DNA from: Leptospira sp.
GTDB taxonomy: Bacteria; Spirochaetota; Leptospiria; Leptospirales; Leptospiraceae
DNA: 64,000 nt
Reading direction: 5' to 3'
Assembly (NCBI GenBank): GCA_034439575.1
Contig: JAWXAQ010000035.1
Span: 64,001 to 128,000 of the forward strand
Below the pieces are notes generated by a model. The model ran no database searches. It had not been told where the DNA came from and saw only the letters and a list, made by a program, of their open reading frames with translations. Positions 19,733-29,356 of the stretch are shown here, in pieces; the first letter of the stretch is position 1, and every line of letters starts with the position of its first letter. The position numbers were made by a program, and so were the translations under genes.

Positions 19733-22412
19733 TTTTTTCTAGAGCTCTCACAATACTTTCTAATTTTTCTTTCCAGGTTGTATGCTTTTCTCTTTCTTTT
19801 TCAACAACTTCCGGTTTTGCTTTTTCCACAAATGATGGATTATTAATTTTAGATTCTAATTTTTCCATTTCCATTAGAATCTGTTTTTTCTCTTTTTCTA
19901 ATCTTTGTTTTTCTTTTTCAAAATCAAAGATTCCGGCAAGAGGTAAAATCACTTCGCCAATGGAGAATGCACCGACCGAATCCGTATTCTCCACCTTATA
20001 ACCGTTATCAAATGTGATGATTTCTGCCTTCGTTAGCTGAAGAATAGATTTCAATTCTTTTTGAATCATGTCGATCAAAGGTTTATCATTTAATTTAAGA
20101 ATTATCTGACATTTTTTCTCAGGTTTTACACCGAGTTCGGCGCGCATATTTCGCACTTTTGTTACAATTTCCTGAACATTTAACATCCTTTTGACGGAAG
20201 GATTTTCCGCAGAAACACCATAAGGTGATGGGAAAGGAGTTAAAGAAATTAAATCACTCGAAAGGAGTGAATGGATCTCTTCTGTTAAAAAAGGCATAAA
20301 CGGATGTAATAGTCCGAGTGCTTTGACCAAAATACTAACTAAAACTTGTCGCGCTTGTTCTTGTGATTCTACGGTAACGTTTCCATAAATTCGAGCTTTA
20401 GAAAGTTCTAAATACCAATCACAAAAAGAACCCCAGATAAAATCATAAATCAAATTTGCCATCTCAAAAAAATGATAATTAGAATATGCCTTCTCATATG
20501 CAGTTAATGTTTTATCAAACTCATGCAATATCCATAAATCAGTTTCTTCTAATGTATTTAAATCTAAAGGTTTGATTTGAAAATCATCAGATAAATTCAT
20601 AAAAATAAATCTGCTGGAATTCCAAATTTTATTACAGAAAGATCGATATCCATCTAACCTAGATTCGTCGAACAAGATATCCTTTCCTTCCGGAAGTACT
20701 GCCGCCAAAAAGAAGCGAAATGAATCCGTTCCGTATTTTGACATCATGTCCAATGGATCGATTACATTGCCGAGAGATTTACTGAATTTTTTTCCATCCT
20801 TGTCACGAACAAGTCCATGTATCAAAACTTTATGGAATGGAACATCCCCCATAAATTTCAAACCAGACATCATCATTCGAGCCACCCAAAAAAAGATAAT
20901 GTCAAAGCCAGTGACAAGAACTGAGGTAGGATAATATTTTTTTAACTCTTCATTTTGATCAGGCCAACCAAACACTGTGAAGGGCCAAAGTCCCGAAGAG
21001 AACCATGTATCTAAAACATCTTCATCTTGCTTTAAATCCGAAATATTTATATGGTTTCCTGATTTTTTAAATAATTCAACAGCTTCTTCTATGGATTCAG
21101 CTACAACATAACTACCGTCAGGTGCATAATAGGCAGGGATTCTATGACCCCACCATAACTGTCTAGAAATGCACCAATCTTTGATATTTTCCATCCATTC
21201 AAAATATGTCTTTTCCCACATTTTTGGCTGGAATTGAACCTTACCTATTCTGACTGCTTCCAGAGCTGGTTCAGATAATGGTTTAATTTTTACGAACCAC
21301 TGAGTCGATAACAATGGTTCGATGACGGCACCACCCCTTTGGTTATGGCCTATACTATGAACATGCGTTTCTATTTTTTCTATAAAACCTAATAATTCTA
21401 ATTCTTCTACGACTTTCTTTCTAACCTCAAAACGATCCATACCAACATACTTACCTGCATGTTGGTTCAGAGTTCCGTCTAGGTTCATGACATTTACCGG
21501 TGTCAAACCAAGTCTTTGGCCTGCTTCAAAGTCATTGATATCATGGGCTGGTGTAATCTTTACAAGACCAGACCCAAATTCTTTATCAACGAATGTATCA
21601 AATAAAATAGGGATTTCTTTATTTGCGATTGGTAAAACAACCATCTCATCTTTTAGATTCGTATAACGAACATCATCTGGATGGGCACATACGGCAACGT
21701 CACCAAACATTGTTTCTGGCCGAGTTGTTGCTACAACTATATACTCGGATGTTTTTAAATCTTTTATCGATTTTCCTGCTTTGATGGCAGAAACTTTAGG
21801 ATATCGGATGTGATAAAGTTTTCCTTGTTTTTCTTTGTATTCGACTTCAATATCTGAGATCGCAGTTTTTGTAACAGGGCACCAATTGATTATCCGTTCT
21901 CCGCGGTATATCAATCCTTCTTCATAGAGTTTTTTAAAAACGAGAATCACAGCTTTTGACAAACCTTCATCAAAAGTAAATCTCTCTTTAGACCAATCAA
22001 CTGATTCACCAAGTAACCGTTGTTGTCTGGTGATCATACCGCCAGAATGTGCCTTCCATTCCCAAACTTTTTTTATAAATTCTTCTCGAGTGTAATCAGT
22101 TCGTTTTTTACCTTCTTTGGCAAGTTCCCGTTCGACTACGACTTGTGTGGCAATCCCCGCATGATCCATTCCAGGAACCCAAACTACGTTTTTCCCTTTT
22201 TTTCTTTCAATGCGGATGATTATATCTTGGATCGTATGATTGAGGGCGTGGCCAATATGTAAATTTCCAGTGACGTTAGGTGGAGGAATAACAATCGAAA
22301 ACGATTCTTTTGCCTTGGTATTTGGGGAAAAAGCTTTTGTTTCTTCCCACTTTTGAATCCATTTTGACTCAACAGATTCAGGTTCGTATCGATCGGAAAG
22401 TTGTCTATTCAT
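19722..22412 (-). CDS. valS: Valine--tRNA ligase
   Basis: [30 protein letters not shown] (KMSKS variant), C-terminal coiled coil; likely start MNRQLSD at 22412. Confidence 0.97.
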   Translation of the reverse strand: MNRQLSDRYEPESVESKWIQKWEETKAFSPNTKAKESFSIVIPPPNVTGNLHIGHALNHTIQDIIIRIERKKGKNVVWVPGMDHAGIATQVVVERELAKEGKKRTDYTREEFIKKVWEWKAHSGGMITRQQRLLGESVDWSKERFTFDEGLSKAVILVFKKLYEEGLIYRGERIINWCPVTKTAISDIEVEYKEKQGKLYHIRYPKVSAIKAGKSIKDLKTSEYIVVATTRPETMFGDVAVCAHPDDVRYTNLKDEMVVLPIANKEIPILFDTFVDKEFGSGLVKITPAHDINDFEAGQRLGLTPVNVMNLDGTLNQHAGKYVGMDRFEVRKKVVEELELLGFIEKIETHVHSIGHNQRGGAVIEPLLSTQWFVKIKPLSEPALEAVRIGKVQFQPKMWEKTYFEWMENIKDWCISRQLWWGHRIPAYYAPDGSYVVAESIEEAVELFKKSGNHINISDLKQDEDVLDTWFSSGLWPFTVFGWPDQNEELKKYYPTSVLVTGFDIIFFWVARMMMSGLKFMGDVPFHKVLIHGLVRDKDGKKFSKSLGNVIDPLDMMSKYGTDSFRFFLAAVLPEGKDILFDESRLDGYRSFCNKIWNSSRFIFMNLSDDFQIKPLDLNTLEETDLWILHEFDKTLTAYEKAYSNYHFFEMANLIYDFIWGSFCDWYLELSKARIYGNVTVESQEQARQVLVSILVKALGLLHPFMPFLTEEIHSLLSSDLISLTPFPSPYGVSAENPSVKRMLNVQEIVTKVRNMRAELGVKPEKKCQIILKLNDKPLIDMIQKELKSILQLTKAEIITFDNGYKVENTDSVGAFSIGEVILPLAGIFDFEKEKQRLEKEKKQILMEMEKLESKINNPSFVEKAKPEVVEKEREKHTTWKEKLESIVRALEKIEK

Positions 22413-22589
22413 AAGGTGGAAATTTTCTTGCACTTACTATGTTTTGGCACTCTGCTAGGGGTCAAGGAATCTATTGGATTCCTCTTGAAAGTGATTGGTC
22501 GAGTTAAATTATGTCACATCGTCCGCTTTGTAAATACAAAGGAAAAGATGTGATTTGACAGAAAACATTCGTGCCAGAACTTGGAAGGC

Positions 22590-22739
22590 ATGAACGCAAA
22601 AACTGCAAAAATTCTTGGTAAATATGCCGTACTCAAGGGTGTTTCTGAAAAACAATTGAAACGCGAGTGGCAATCCCTTTCACAATTTGACAAAGATAAA
22701 AAAAGACAAGATATCCTCAAAGAAATCGTCAAACCATAA
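22590..22739 (+). CDS. Small basic hypothetical protein (49 aa)
   Basis: MNAKTAKILGKYAVLKGVSEKQLKREWQSLSQFDKDKKRQDILKEIVKP*; GGAAGG just upstream; stop overlaps the next start (TAATG). Confidence 0.7.
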   Translation: MNAKTAKILGKYAVLKGVSEKQLKREWQSLSQFDKDKKRQDILKEIVKP

Positions 22740-23200
22740 TGAATCATAGGTCGTTGTTTTATAAACTTTCGACCGTCTGCATTTTATTTCTTTTTGTTTC
22801 GGCATCAAATTCTTGTAAATTATCTGAGACTGATCCTACTCTTTCCGTTTATACAAATTCACTCATTCTTGCAAAAAATCAAAATCAAAAACTCCTAGTG
22901 ATTTTTGGCGCTGATTGGTGCCCAGATTGTAGAGCTTTTGATGTCTTGTTGCGTGAGAAAAAAATATCGGAATTAATCCTTAAAAAATTCCTTATATTAA
23001 AAATTGATGTAGGGCAATTCGATCAAAACTTGGCACTTAATAGCCGTTTGGGTAATCCAATTGCAAATGGCATCCCTTCAGTTGTCATCATCGATCCATT
23101 AAACCCTGAAAAAATTGTCGCAAGCACAAAGGGTGGAGAATTTTCTACAGCAAGCCAAATGACAGCCGAACAAGTATATAAATACTTTGTCCAGTATTGA
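22739..23200 (+). CDS. Exported thioredoxin-family protein
   Basis: Signal-like N-terminus, FGADWCPDC, cis-Pro loop GIPS. Confidence 0.9.
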   Translation: MNHRSLFYKLSTVCILFLFVSASNSCKLSETDPTLSVYTNSLILAKNQNQKLLVIFGADWCPDCRAFDVLLREKKISELILKKFLILKIDVGQFDQNLALNSRLGNPIANGIPSVVIIDPLNPEKIVASTKGGEFSTASQMTAEQVYKYFVQY

Positions 23201-23739
23201 TGCATCAAATATCGATTATGCGAACGTCATCAAATCATTTCCCTAACAAAATAATAATTTTCCTTATCATAATTGCTCTACAACTACCTATTTTTTCGGA
23301 AGAAATAAAACAATTTAGCGTTGGAGATATTTTTCCAACCTTAGATTTAAAAGACCAATTTGATCAAACTAGAGAAATCTCACCAAACACAAAAAAGGTG
23401 ATATTTATTGCAGATATGGATGCGAGTAAAACCATTCACTCTATATTAGAAAAGGAAGATAAAAACTATTTAGAATCCAAACAGATTATTTTAATTTCTG
23501 ACATTCATAAAATGCCATCTATCATCACTTCACTTTTTGCCCTTCCTAAAATGAAAAAATATTCCTATACCATTCATTTGATCAGAGAAGAAAAGATTGG
23601 GGATCCATTTCCTAGAACTAAAGGTTCTGCCACATTGATCAAACTGGATTCTCGTAAAATCATAGAAATTAAACAATCTGCAATTGCTTCGGAAATACAG
23701 GAATTTATAACAAATTCCTCCTCTTCAGACCGAAAATAG
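23197..23739 (+). CDS. Exported hypothetical protein, possibly a thioredoxin-like fold without CxxC
   Basis: Hydrophobic leader, VGDIFPTLDLKDQF and ISDIHKMPSIITSLFALPKM; exact start uncertain. Confidence 0.65.
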   Translation: MMHQISIMRTSSNHFPNKIIIFLIIIALQLPIFSEEIKQFSVGDIFPTLDLKDQFDQTREISPNTKKVIFIADMDASKTIHSILEKEDKNYLESKQIILISDIHKMPSIITSLFALPKMKKYSYTIHLIREEKIGDPFPRTKGSATLIKLDSRKIIEIKQSAIASEIQEFITNSSSSDRK

Positions 23740-23792
23740 CACCAATTTTGCCATAATTTTGGAACAAATTTCCCAAAAGGGATAAATTGTTC

Positions 23793-23821
23793 TTGAAACA
23801 CTGTTCCTTTTTGTTTACTTT
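23793..23821 (+). promoter_or_regulatory. Candidate sigma70 promoter of the monooxygenase gene
   Basis: TTGAAA-N17-TACTTT, 35 nt before the ATG; an imperfect inverted repeat (23762-23792) abuts the -35. Confidence 0.35.
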
Positions 23822-23856
23822 CAGTCACTTAGAGCTTATTCTGTGAGTGAGAAATT

Positions 23857-25281
23857 ATGAAATTACCAAAAGTTTGTGTGATCGGTGCTGGTTCTTCCGG
23901 AATCACTGTGATCAAATCTCTGAAAGAAAACAATATCCCTTTTGATTGCTATGAAAAAGGAAGCGATGTCGGTGGCAATTGGCGTTTCAAAAATGATAAT
24001 GGAATCAGCAATATCTATAAATCCCTACATATCAATACACACCGCGACCGTATGGAATTTCGTGATTTCAAAATGCCGACGGATTATCCTGATTATCCGA
24101 ACCATGAACCCATTCAAAGATACTTTCAATCTTATGTGGATCACTTTGGACTAAGAAAACACATTCAATTCAAAAATGGTGTTAAAAAAGTAGAACAAAC
24201 TCCTGAGGGAATTTGGAAAGTGACACCCGAAAAAGGTCCATCAAAATATTATGATGTGTTAGTTGTTGCTAATGGTCATCATTGGAGTGAAAGATGGCCG
24301 AATCCTGCTTTTCCTGGAAAATTTTCTGGTGAAATCATGCATTCTCATTCTTACATTGATCCTAAAACACCAGTTAACTGCGAAGGTAAAAATGTTGTGA
24401 TACTAGGTATGGGAAATAGTGCGATGGATATCTCTGTCGAACTTTCTCGTCCAGGTGTTTCAAAAAAAGTATTTTTATCTGCACGAAGAGGTGCTTATGT
24501 GATCCCAAATTATTTATTTGGAAAACCATTAGATAAGTTAACAGAAAAAATGCCTACTTGGATACCTTTCCCTATCCAACAAACACTCGCTCATCTATTG
24601 ATTCGTTATGGTGTTGGAAAAATGGAAGATTTTGGATTACCAAAACCTGATCATAAATTTGGTTCTGCTCATCCTACTATTTCTCAAGACTTACTTGTTA
24701 GGTTAGGCAGGGGTGATATTCATCCAAAGCCAGTCATTAAAGAATTAAAAGGCAAAAAAATCCAGTTTGCAGATGGAACTGAAGAAGAAGCAGACGTTTT
24801 GATTTACTGTACGGGATACAATATTAAATTTCCATTTTTTGATGAAGATTTTATTTCAGCACCCGACAATTATATCCCTCTATACTATAAAATGTTTAAA
24901 CCAGGATTCAACAATCTAATGTTTGTTGGTCTTATGCAACCTCTAGGTGCCATAATGCCGATTGCAGAAAGACAAGGGAAATGGATCGCTCAGTATCTAA
25001 CTGGAAATTATTCATTACCGAATGAAAAAGATATGATCACCTGGATCAAAGAAGATGAAGAAGCTATGAAAAAGAGATATGTTTCTAGCACTCGTCATAC
25101 GATACAAGTTGACTTTGATATTTTTATGGCCCAAGTGGAAAAAGAAATGAAACAGGGAAAATCGCGTGCAGATTCTAGCGGAAATTCACTTCCGATTCCC
25201 GCAAAGGCAGAACAATTTGGCCAGTTTTCAACAGGGCAAACGAAAGTTCTAAGTTCAAAAAAGGCATTGTCAAAAGCATAA
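23857..25281 (+). CDS. Flavin-containing monooxygenase (class B)
   Basis: GAGSSG, GGNW, FMO fingerprint FSGEIMHSHSY, GMGNSA, CTGY. Confidence 0.93.
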   Translation: MKLPKVCVIGAGSSGITVIKSLKENNIPFDCYEKGSDVGGNWRFKNDNGISNIYKSLHINTHRDRMEFRDFKMPTDYPDYPNHEPIQRYFQSYVDHFGLRKHIQFKNGVKKVEQTPEGIWKVTPEKGPSKYYDVLVVANGHHWSERWPNPAFPGKFSGEIMHSHSYIDPKTPVNCEGKNVVILGMGNSAMDISVELSRPGVSKKVFLSARRGAYVIPNYLFGKPLDKLTEKMPTWIPFPIQQTLAHLLIRYGVGKMEDFGLPKPDHKFGSAHPTISQDLLVRLGRGDIHPKPVIKELKGKKIQFADGTEEEADVLIYCTGYNIKFPFFDEDFISAPDNYIPLYYKMFKPGFNNLMFVGLMQPLGAIMPIAERQGKWIAQYLTGNYSLPNEKDMITWIKEDEEAMKKRYVSSTRHTIQVDFDIFMAQVEKEMKQGKSRADSSGNSLPIPAKAEQFGQFSTGQTKVLSSKKALSKA

Positions 25282-25301
25282 ATCATTACAATTTAAAACA
25301 A

Positions 25302-26024
25302 ATGAAACGATTCTGTTTCTTTGTTTTACTTTTTACCTTTATAGGATGCCAATCATCAAAAGGATTTGCCTATACTGGAAATCCTTTGTTTGGTTGGCTT
25401 GGTAGCAGTTCCTTCGAAAGAAAAACGGATACCACATCCATTTTTAAAAGATACCCACAAGTGATCGCAAACGAATTTGAATTTCCGGCTGGTGGCAAAT
25501 TTGCGGAAGGCTTTTACATAGCACAAAAGTTTGGCGTTGAAAATGCGAAATTTGGAAACCGACTTCATCTCGGCGAAGATTGGAATTTTATTGGTGGCGG
25601 TGATTCAGATTTTGCATCACCCGTGTATTCCATTGCTGATGGTGTTGTGAGCCTCATCGCCAATTACGGTGGCGGTTGGGGGAAAGTCATCCGAGTAGTC
25701 TACAAACTACCAAATAACGGATCGCTCGGTGATACATACATTGAAGCTTTATATGCTCATCTTTATACGATAGAGGTTGAACCTTCTCAAATTGTGAGAC
25801 GTGGGGAATGGTTAGGTAGCATCGGGGATGCAGGTGGCAAATATCCATCTCACCTACATTTTGAACTGAGAGAAAAAAAAGATGCACCACTTGGAGGTGG
25901 TTATGCGGTATCAGCAGAAGGATACCTGCATCCTACAAAATTTTTAATCCAACAACTTGCAAAAGAGAAAAAACTAACAGAAGAACAATTTGCTTACGAA
26001 CGCATTGTGCCAGCACAACCATAA
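25302..26024 (+). CDS. M23-family metallopeptidase, lipoprotein
   Basis: Lipobox-like FIGC, HLGED (HxxxD), YAHL, HLHFE. Confidence 0.9.
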   Translation: MKRFCFFVLLFTFIGCQSSKGFAYTGNPLFGWLGSSSFERKTDTTSIFKRYPQVIANEFEFPAGGKFAEGFYIAQKFGVENAKFGNRLHLGEDWNFIGGGDSDFASPVYSIADGVVSLIANYGGGWGKVIRVVYKLPNNGSLGDTYIEALYAHLYTIEVEPSQIVRRGEWLGSIGDAGGKYPSHLHFELREKKDAPLGGGYAVSAEGYLHPTKFLIQQLAKEKKLTEEQFAYERIVPAQP

Positions 26025-26039
26025 AAATTTTTTAAGGTT

Positions 26040-26378
26040 TTAAAATCCCTTCATCAAATCTAAAACTTCATCTTCCTTAACACCATTTGTGTCATAAAAA
26101 TTTGCATGAATTTCAAACAACTCTTCACCAGGAAGTTTTGTTGATTTCAAAACTTTGACGATAAAATCTACAGAACCTGTCATCGATATTTGTTTCACTG
26201 AAACTTTAACGATACTTGCCACTTCGATATCTGTTGGACGAAGCATCACAATACCTCTAGCACTAATGTGTTTGTGTACATCGTAATCTTTTAGGATTTC
26301 TAAATTGATTTCGAAAGAAGGAGGGATTTCAGTATAATGATTTGGTTTCATGGGAACTCGGTACTTAGTTACAAACAT
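26040..26378 (-). CDS. Hypothetical protein, possibly a PilZ-like beta-barrel
   Basis: 112 aa; KYRVP...HISARGI resembles a degenerate RxxxR / DxSxxG pattern. Confidence 0.55.
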   Translation of the reverse strand: MFVTKYRVPMKPNHYTEIPPSFEINLEILKDYDVHKHISARGIVMLRPTDIEVASIVKVSVKQISMTGSVDFIVKVLKSTKLPGEELFEIHANFYDTNGVKEDEVLDLMKGF

Positions 26379-26430
26379 AAGAGGAGTTTAACTTCTCTCA
26401 ATTACTATTTTATGACAGATTCATAAAACT

Positions 26431-28023
26431 TTATCGAAAAAACCAATTAAAGCAACCGAGAAGTAAAATCAAACCCGCTCCCCAAGCCAAGATCTTTGGA
26501 TTCCAAAAATCTTGTTCTCTGTCTCGAGAAGAATACATAAGCCCTTCAAGATCTCGACCTAATACTGGTTTTTCGATAAAACTCACAATCACCATGCTTA
26601 AAAAACATACAAGTCCAGAGAAGATAGCGCCATAGAAATTTGATACCATTGCCGATTTGTAGGTAATTATACCAAAAATTGTAAATATATAATGTGAAAT
26701 CCCGGCTATGGTTCCAAGTAACATTCCATAAAATGCACTCCATGGCGAAGCCTTTTCCCAAAACATACCTAACAAAAATATAGAAATCAAAGGTGCGCTA
26801 AAAAATGAGAATAATAACTGGATATAGTTCATAATATTTTCGAATCGCATAGCAATGTATGATGCGAAAACGGCAAACAAAACGGCAAACATAGTAGATC
26901 TTTTTCCTATTTTCAAATAATAAGAATCGGATTCATTTTTTTTGATATAAGTTTGGAAGATATCATACGTAAAAATAGTATTGAGTGCCGTTATGGAACT
27001 AGACATCCCTGCCATAAATGCGGCAAGTAGTGCCGTCGTCCCTAAACCTAACATGCCGGAAGGATAAAATTCTCGAAGTAAGATCAAAAAACTTTTGTTA
27101 TACTCTCCATTCAATTCTTCTTTGAATTGAGTGAGTGCAATAAGTCCAGGAATCACTGTTAAAAATGGTAAAAATAATTTAAACACAGCACCGATAAGTG
27201 GCGTTCTTCTAGCCGCTTGGAAATCTTTTGCCGCCATTGCCCTTTGCACTTCTGTGAAACCACAGGTCCAATAAGAAAACGAAAGCACAAATCCCAAACC
27301 AACTGTGACGGATAAAATATCCCAACCCAAAGGATTATTGCCATTTGGTAAATAAATCCACATATGTTTGTGCGTTTCTGGAACTTGGGCAAGTAGTCCG
27401 TCCCAACCTCCAGCCTTAACGATTCCTATCCATACAAGGGGAAATAATCCAAATACAGTTAGAAAAAACTGCATCACTTCTGTATAAATTGAAGAACTAA
27501 GACCACCAAAGTAAGTATAAACAAGAACAATAACAGCGCTAATCAAAATAGATAGATGTGGATTCCATCCAAACATGATATCAAAAATTAGCGATAATGA
27601 ATATAAATAGATACCTGAACCTAATGCGAGTGAAACGAGTGTGATAAGTGAATTGAGTAAGTGGGCAGGACGATTAAATCTATAACGAAGGTATTCAGGA
27701 ACAGATCGAATTCTGGAAGAATAATAAAATGGCATCATAAAAATACCTAGAAAAATCATTCCAGGTATGGCTCCTAAATAATAGAAATGAAATGTCATAA
27801 ACCCATATTCGGCACCACTGGCACTCATACCTAACAATTCCAAGGCGGAAATATTCGCGGAGATAAAGGCAATGCCCGTGACCCAACCTGGTATTTTACG
27901 GCCCGCCAGTAAAAAATCCGATGAGCCTTGCATCTTTTTTTTCAGCAAATAACCTATGATAATCATAAAAAATATAAAAACAAAAAGAATTAAATAGTCT
28001 ATTGGTTGTAAGGTGGATTTCAT
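26431..28023 (-). CDS. Sodium:solute symporter (SSS) family transporter
   Basis: DFLLAGR, SVPEYLRYRF, YTYFGGL, QRAMAAK; multiple TM helices. Confidence 0.93.
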   Translation of the reverse strand: MKSTLQPIDYLILFVFIFFMIIIGYLLKKKMQGSSDFLLAGRKIPGWVTGIAFISANISALELLGMSASGAEYGFMTFHFYYLGAIPGMIFLGIFMMPFYYSSRIRSVPEYLRYRFNRPAHLLNSLITLVSLALGSGIYLYSLSLIFDIMFGWNPHLSILISAVIVLVYTYFGGLSSSIYTEVMQFFLTVFGLFPLVWIGIVKAGGWDGLLAQVPETHKHMWIYLPNGNNPLGWDILSVTVGLGFVLSFSYWTCGFTEVQRAMAAKDFQAARRTPLIGAVFKLFLPFLTVIPGLIALTQFKEELNGEYNKSFLILLREFYPSGMLGLGTTALLAAFMAGMSSSITALNTIFTYDIFQTYIKKNESDSYYLKIGKRSTMFAVLFAVFASYIAMRFENIMNYIQLLFSFFSAPLISIFLLGMFWEKASPWSAFYGMLLGTIAGISHYIFTIFGIITYKSAMVSNFYGAIFSGLVCFLSMVIVSFIEKPVLGRDLEGLMYSSRDREQDFWNPKILAWGAGLILLLGCFNWFFR

Positions 28024-28148
28024 AAATTTTTATTTTTTCTTCTAAATTTAAAATAGGAATTAAAAGAATTTAATGGGAAAATTTTCACTTTAAAAGTATA
28101 TTTTTTCTTGCGTTTCCATATTTTGAATCAGTTTTAGAATTTCATATT

Positions 28149-28670
28149 ATGATTGAGAAAAAACCTCTTGATGACTCAAATTTTGGACTTTTTGCCAATA
28201 AAAAATATCAAATAGGAGATATGATTCTTACGGAAGCTATGTGGTATGCGGATCTGACAGAGGATTGGATCACACTTTCGGTTGAGGAAATACAATCATT
28301 AGATCACAAAAAGCGAGAAGCTTTTTTAACTTATAGTTTTGATGTCGCCTTTGGCCAAACTAAGGGTACGTTTAGCACAATGGCTCTCATGAATCCTGCC
28401 AACTTCATCAACCATGCCTGCGACCCAAATACGGAATTTGATGGCCATGACAATATATTGGCAAGAAAGGAAATTCAAGAGAATGAACAATTAACAATCG
28501 ATTATGCAACCTTCACAGTCAATTTTGATCAAACTTTTGTTTGTGGATGTGGATCTTCCTATTGCCGTAAGCAGATTAAAAAAGACGATTGGAAAGGAAT
28601 TTCAAAACCTGGAGGATACAATTTAGCAAAATTCATTCGAATCACCCTGAATCATCCTTCTCATTCGTAA
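28149..28670 (+). CDS. SET-domain protein-lysine methyltransferase with post-SET cysteines
   Basis: FGLFA, NFINHACDPN, EQLTIDY, post-SET CGCGSSYCR. Confidence 0.9.
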   Translation: MIEKKPLDDSNFGLFANKKYQIGDMILTEAMWYADLTEDWITLSVEEIQSLDHKKREAFLTYSFDVAFGQTKGTFSTMALMNPANFINHACDPNTEFDGHDNILARKEIQENEQLTIDYATFTVNFDQTFVCGCGSSYCRKQIKKDDWKGISKPGGYNLAKFIRITLNHPSHS

Positions 28671-28802
28671 GATTTTTACTCCTGTTTTTCTAATTTTGAC
28701 CGATTTTGAGAATAGAATCAAACCATTGACAAATTGTTTCGTCCGATAAAAAAGACTTTTCGAATTATGTCACATAAGTAGTTTGATTCCGACGGAGGCC
28801 TT

Positions 28803-28949
28803 ATGTTCTATCTCCTACTAGCACTTCTCCATGAGGATTTATCTTCAGGACGAATCGACTTCAAATCCTATACCGAAAATATTGAGTTGTTGGCATTGGA
28901 TCACCAAAGGATCAAAGAAAATCTCAGAACGACTAAAGTAGCAGCTTAA
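28803..28949 (+). CDS. Small hypothetical protein (48 aa) ending in -VAA
   Basis: GGAGG at 28794-28798, TTGACA at 28726-28731; MFYLLLALLHEDLSSGRIDFKSYTENIELLALDHQRIKENLRTTKVAA*. Confidence 0.6.
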   Translation: MFYLLLALLHEDLSSGRIDFKSYTENIELLALDHQRIKENLRTTKVAA

Positions 28950-29356
28950 AGCTCTATTTGAATCTAATCTTTCTTCTCTAATAATTATAGCAGGATGTAA
29001 TTCAGCATCCTAATGGGCAATTGTTGACAGTATAACAATTGTAATCTAAAAACTTTCTTAAAAAATATTTCTTGAAGTTCATTCATGTAAGCTCGGTCCG
29101 AAAAGCCAAAATCGCCTAATCACTATTAAACACCAAATAATCTATCATTCGGTATTTAAACTTCTCTAATATAAAGTGCAATTGATATTTAGAAAATAGA
29201 TATTTAAAATACTAAGACTGAAACGACGCCAGGAAATTTAATCTATTATAAATTTATATCCATTGGTTCTTAGCCCAAATCTTTGCATCAATTTTCTCCT
29301 TGTTTGCAGAAGTAGTTTTTCTAATGTATCAGAAAAACCAATCCTAGGATCATATA

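Noticed and set aside
22445-22460. TGGCAC as a sigma54 -24 element
   Set aside because: The required TTGC -12 element is absent (TAGG at that position).
22514-22747. 77 aa minus-strand ORF
   Set aside because: Antisense to the 49-aa plus-strand ORF, which has an RBS and translational coupling.
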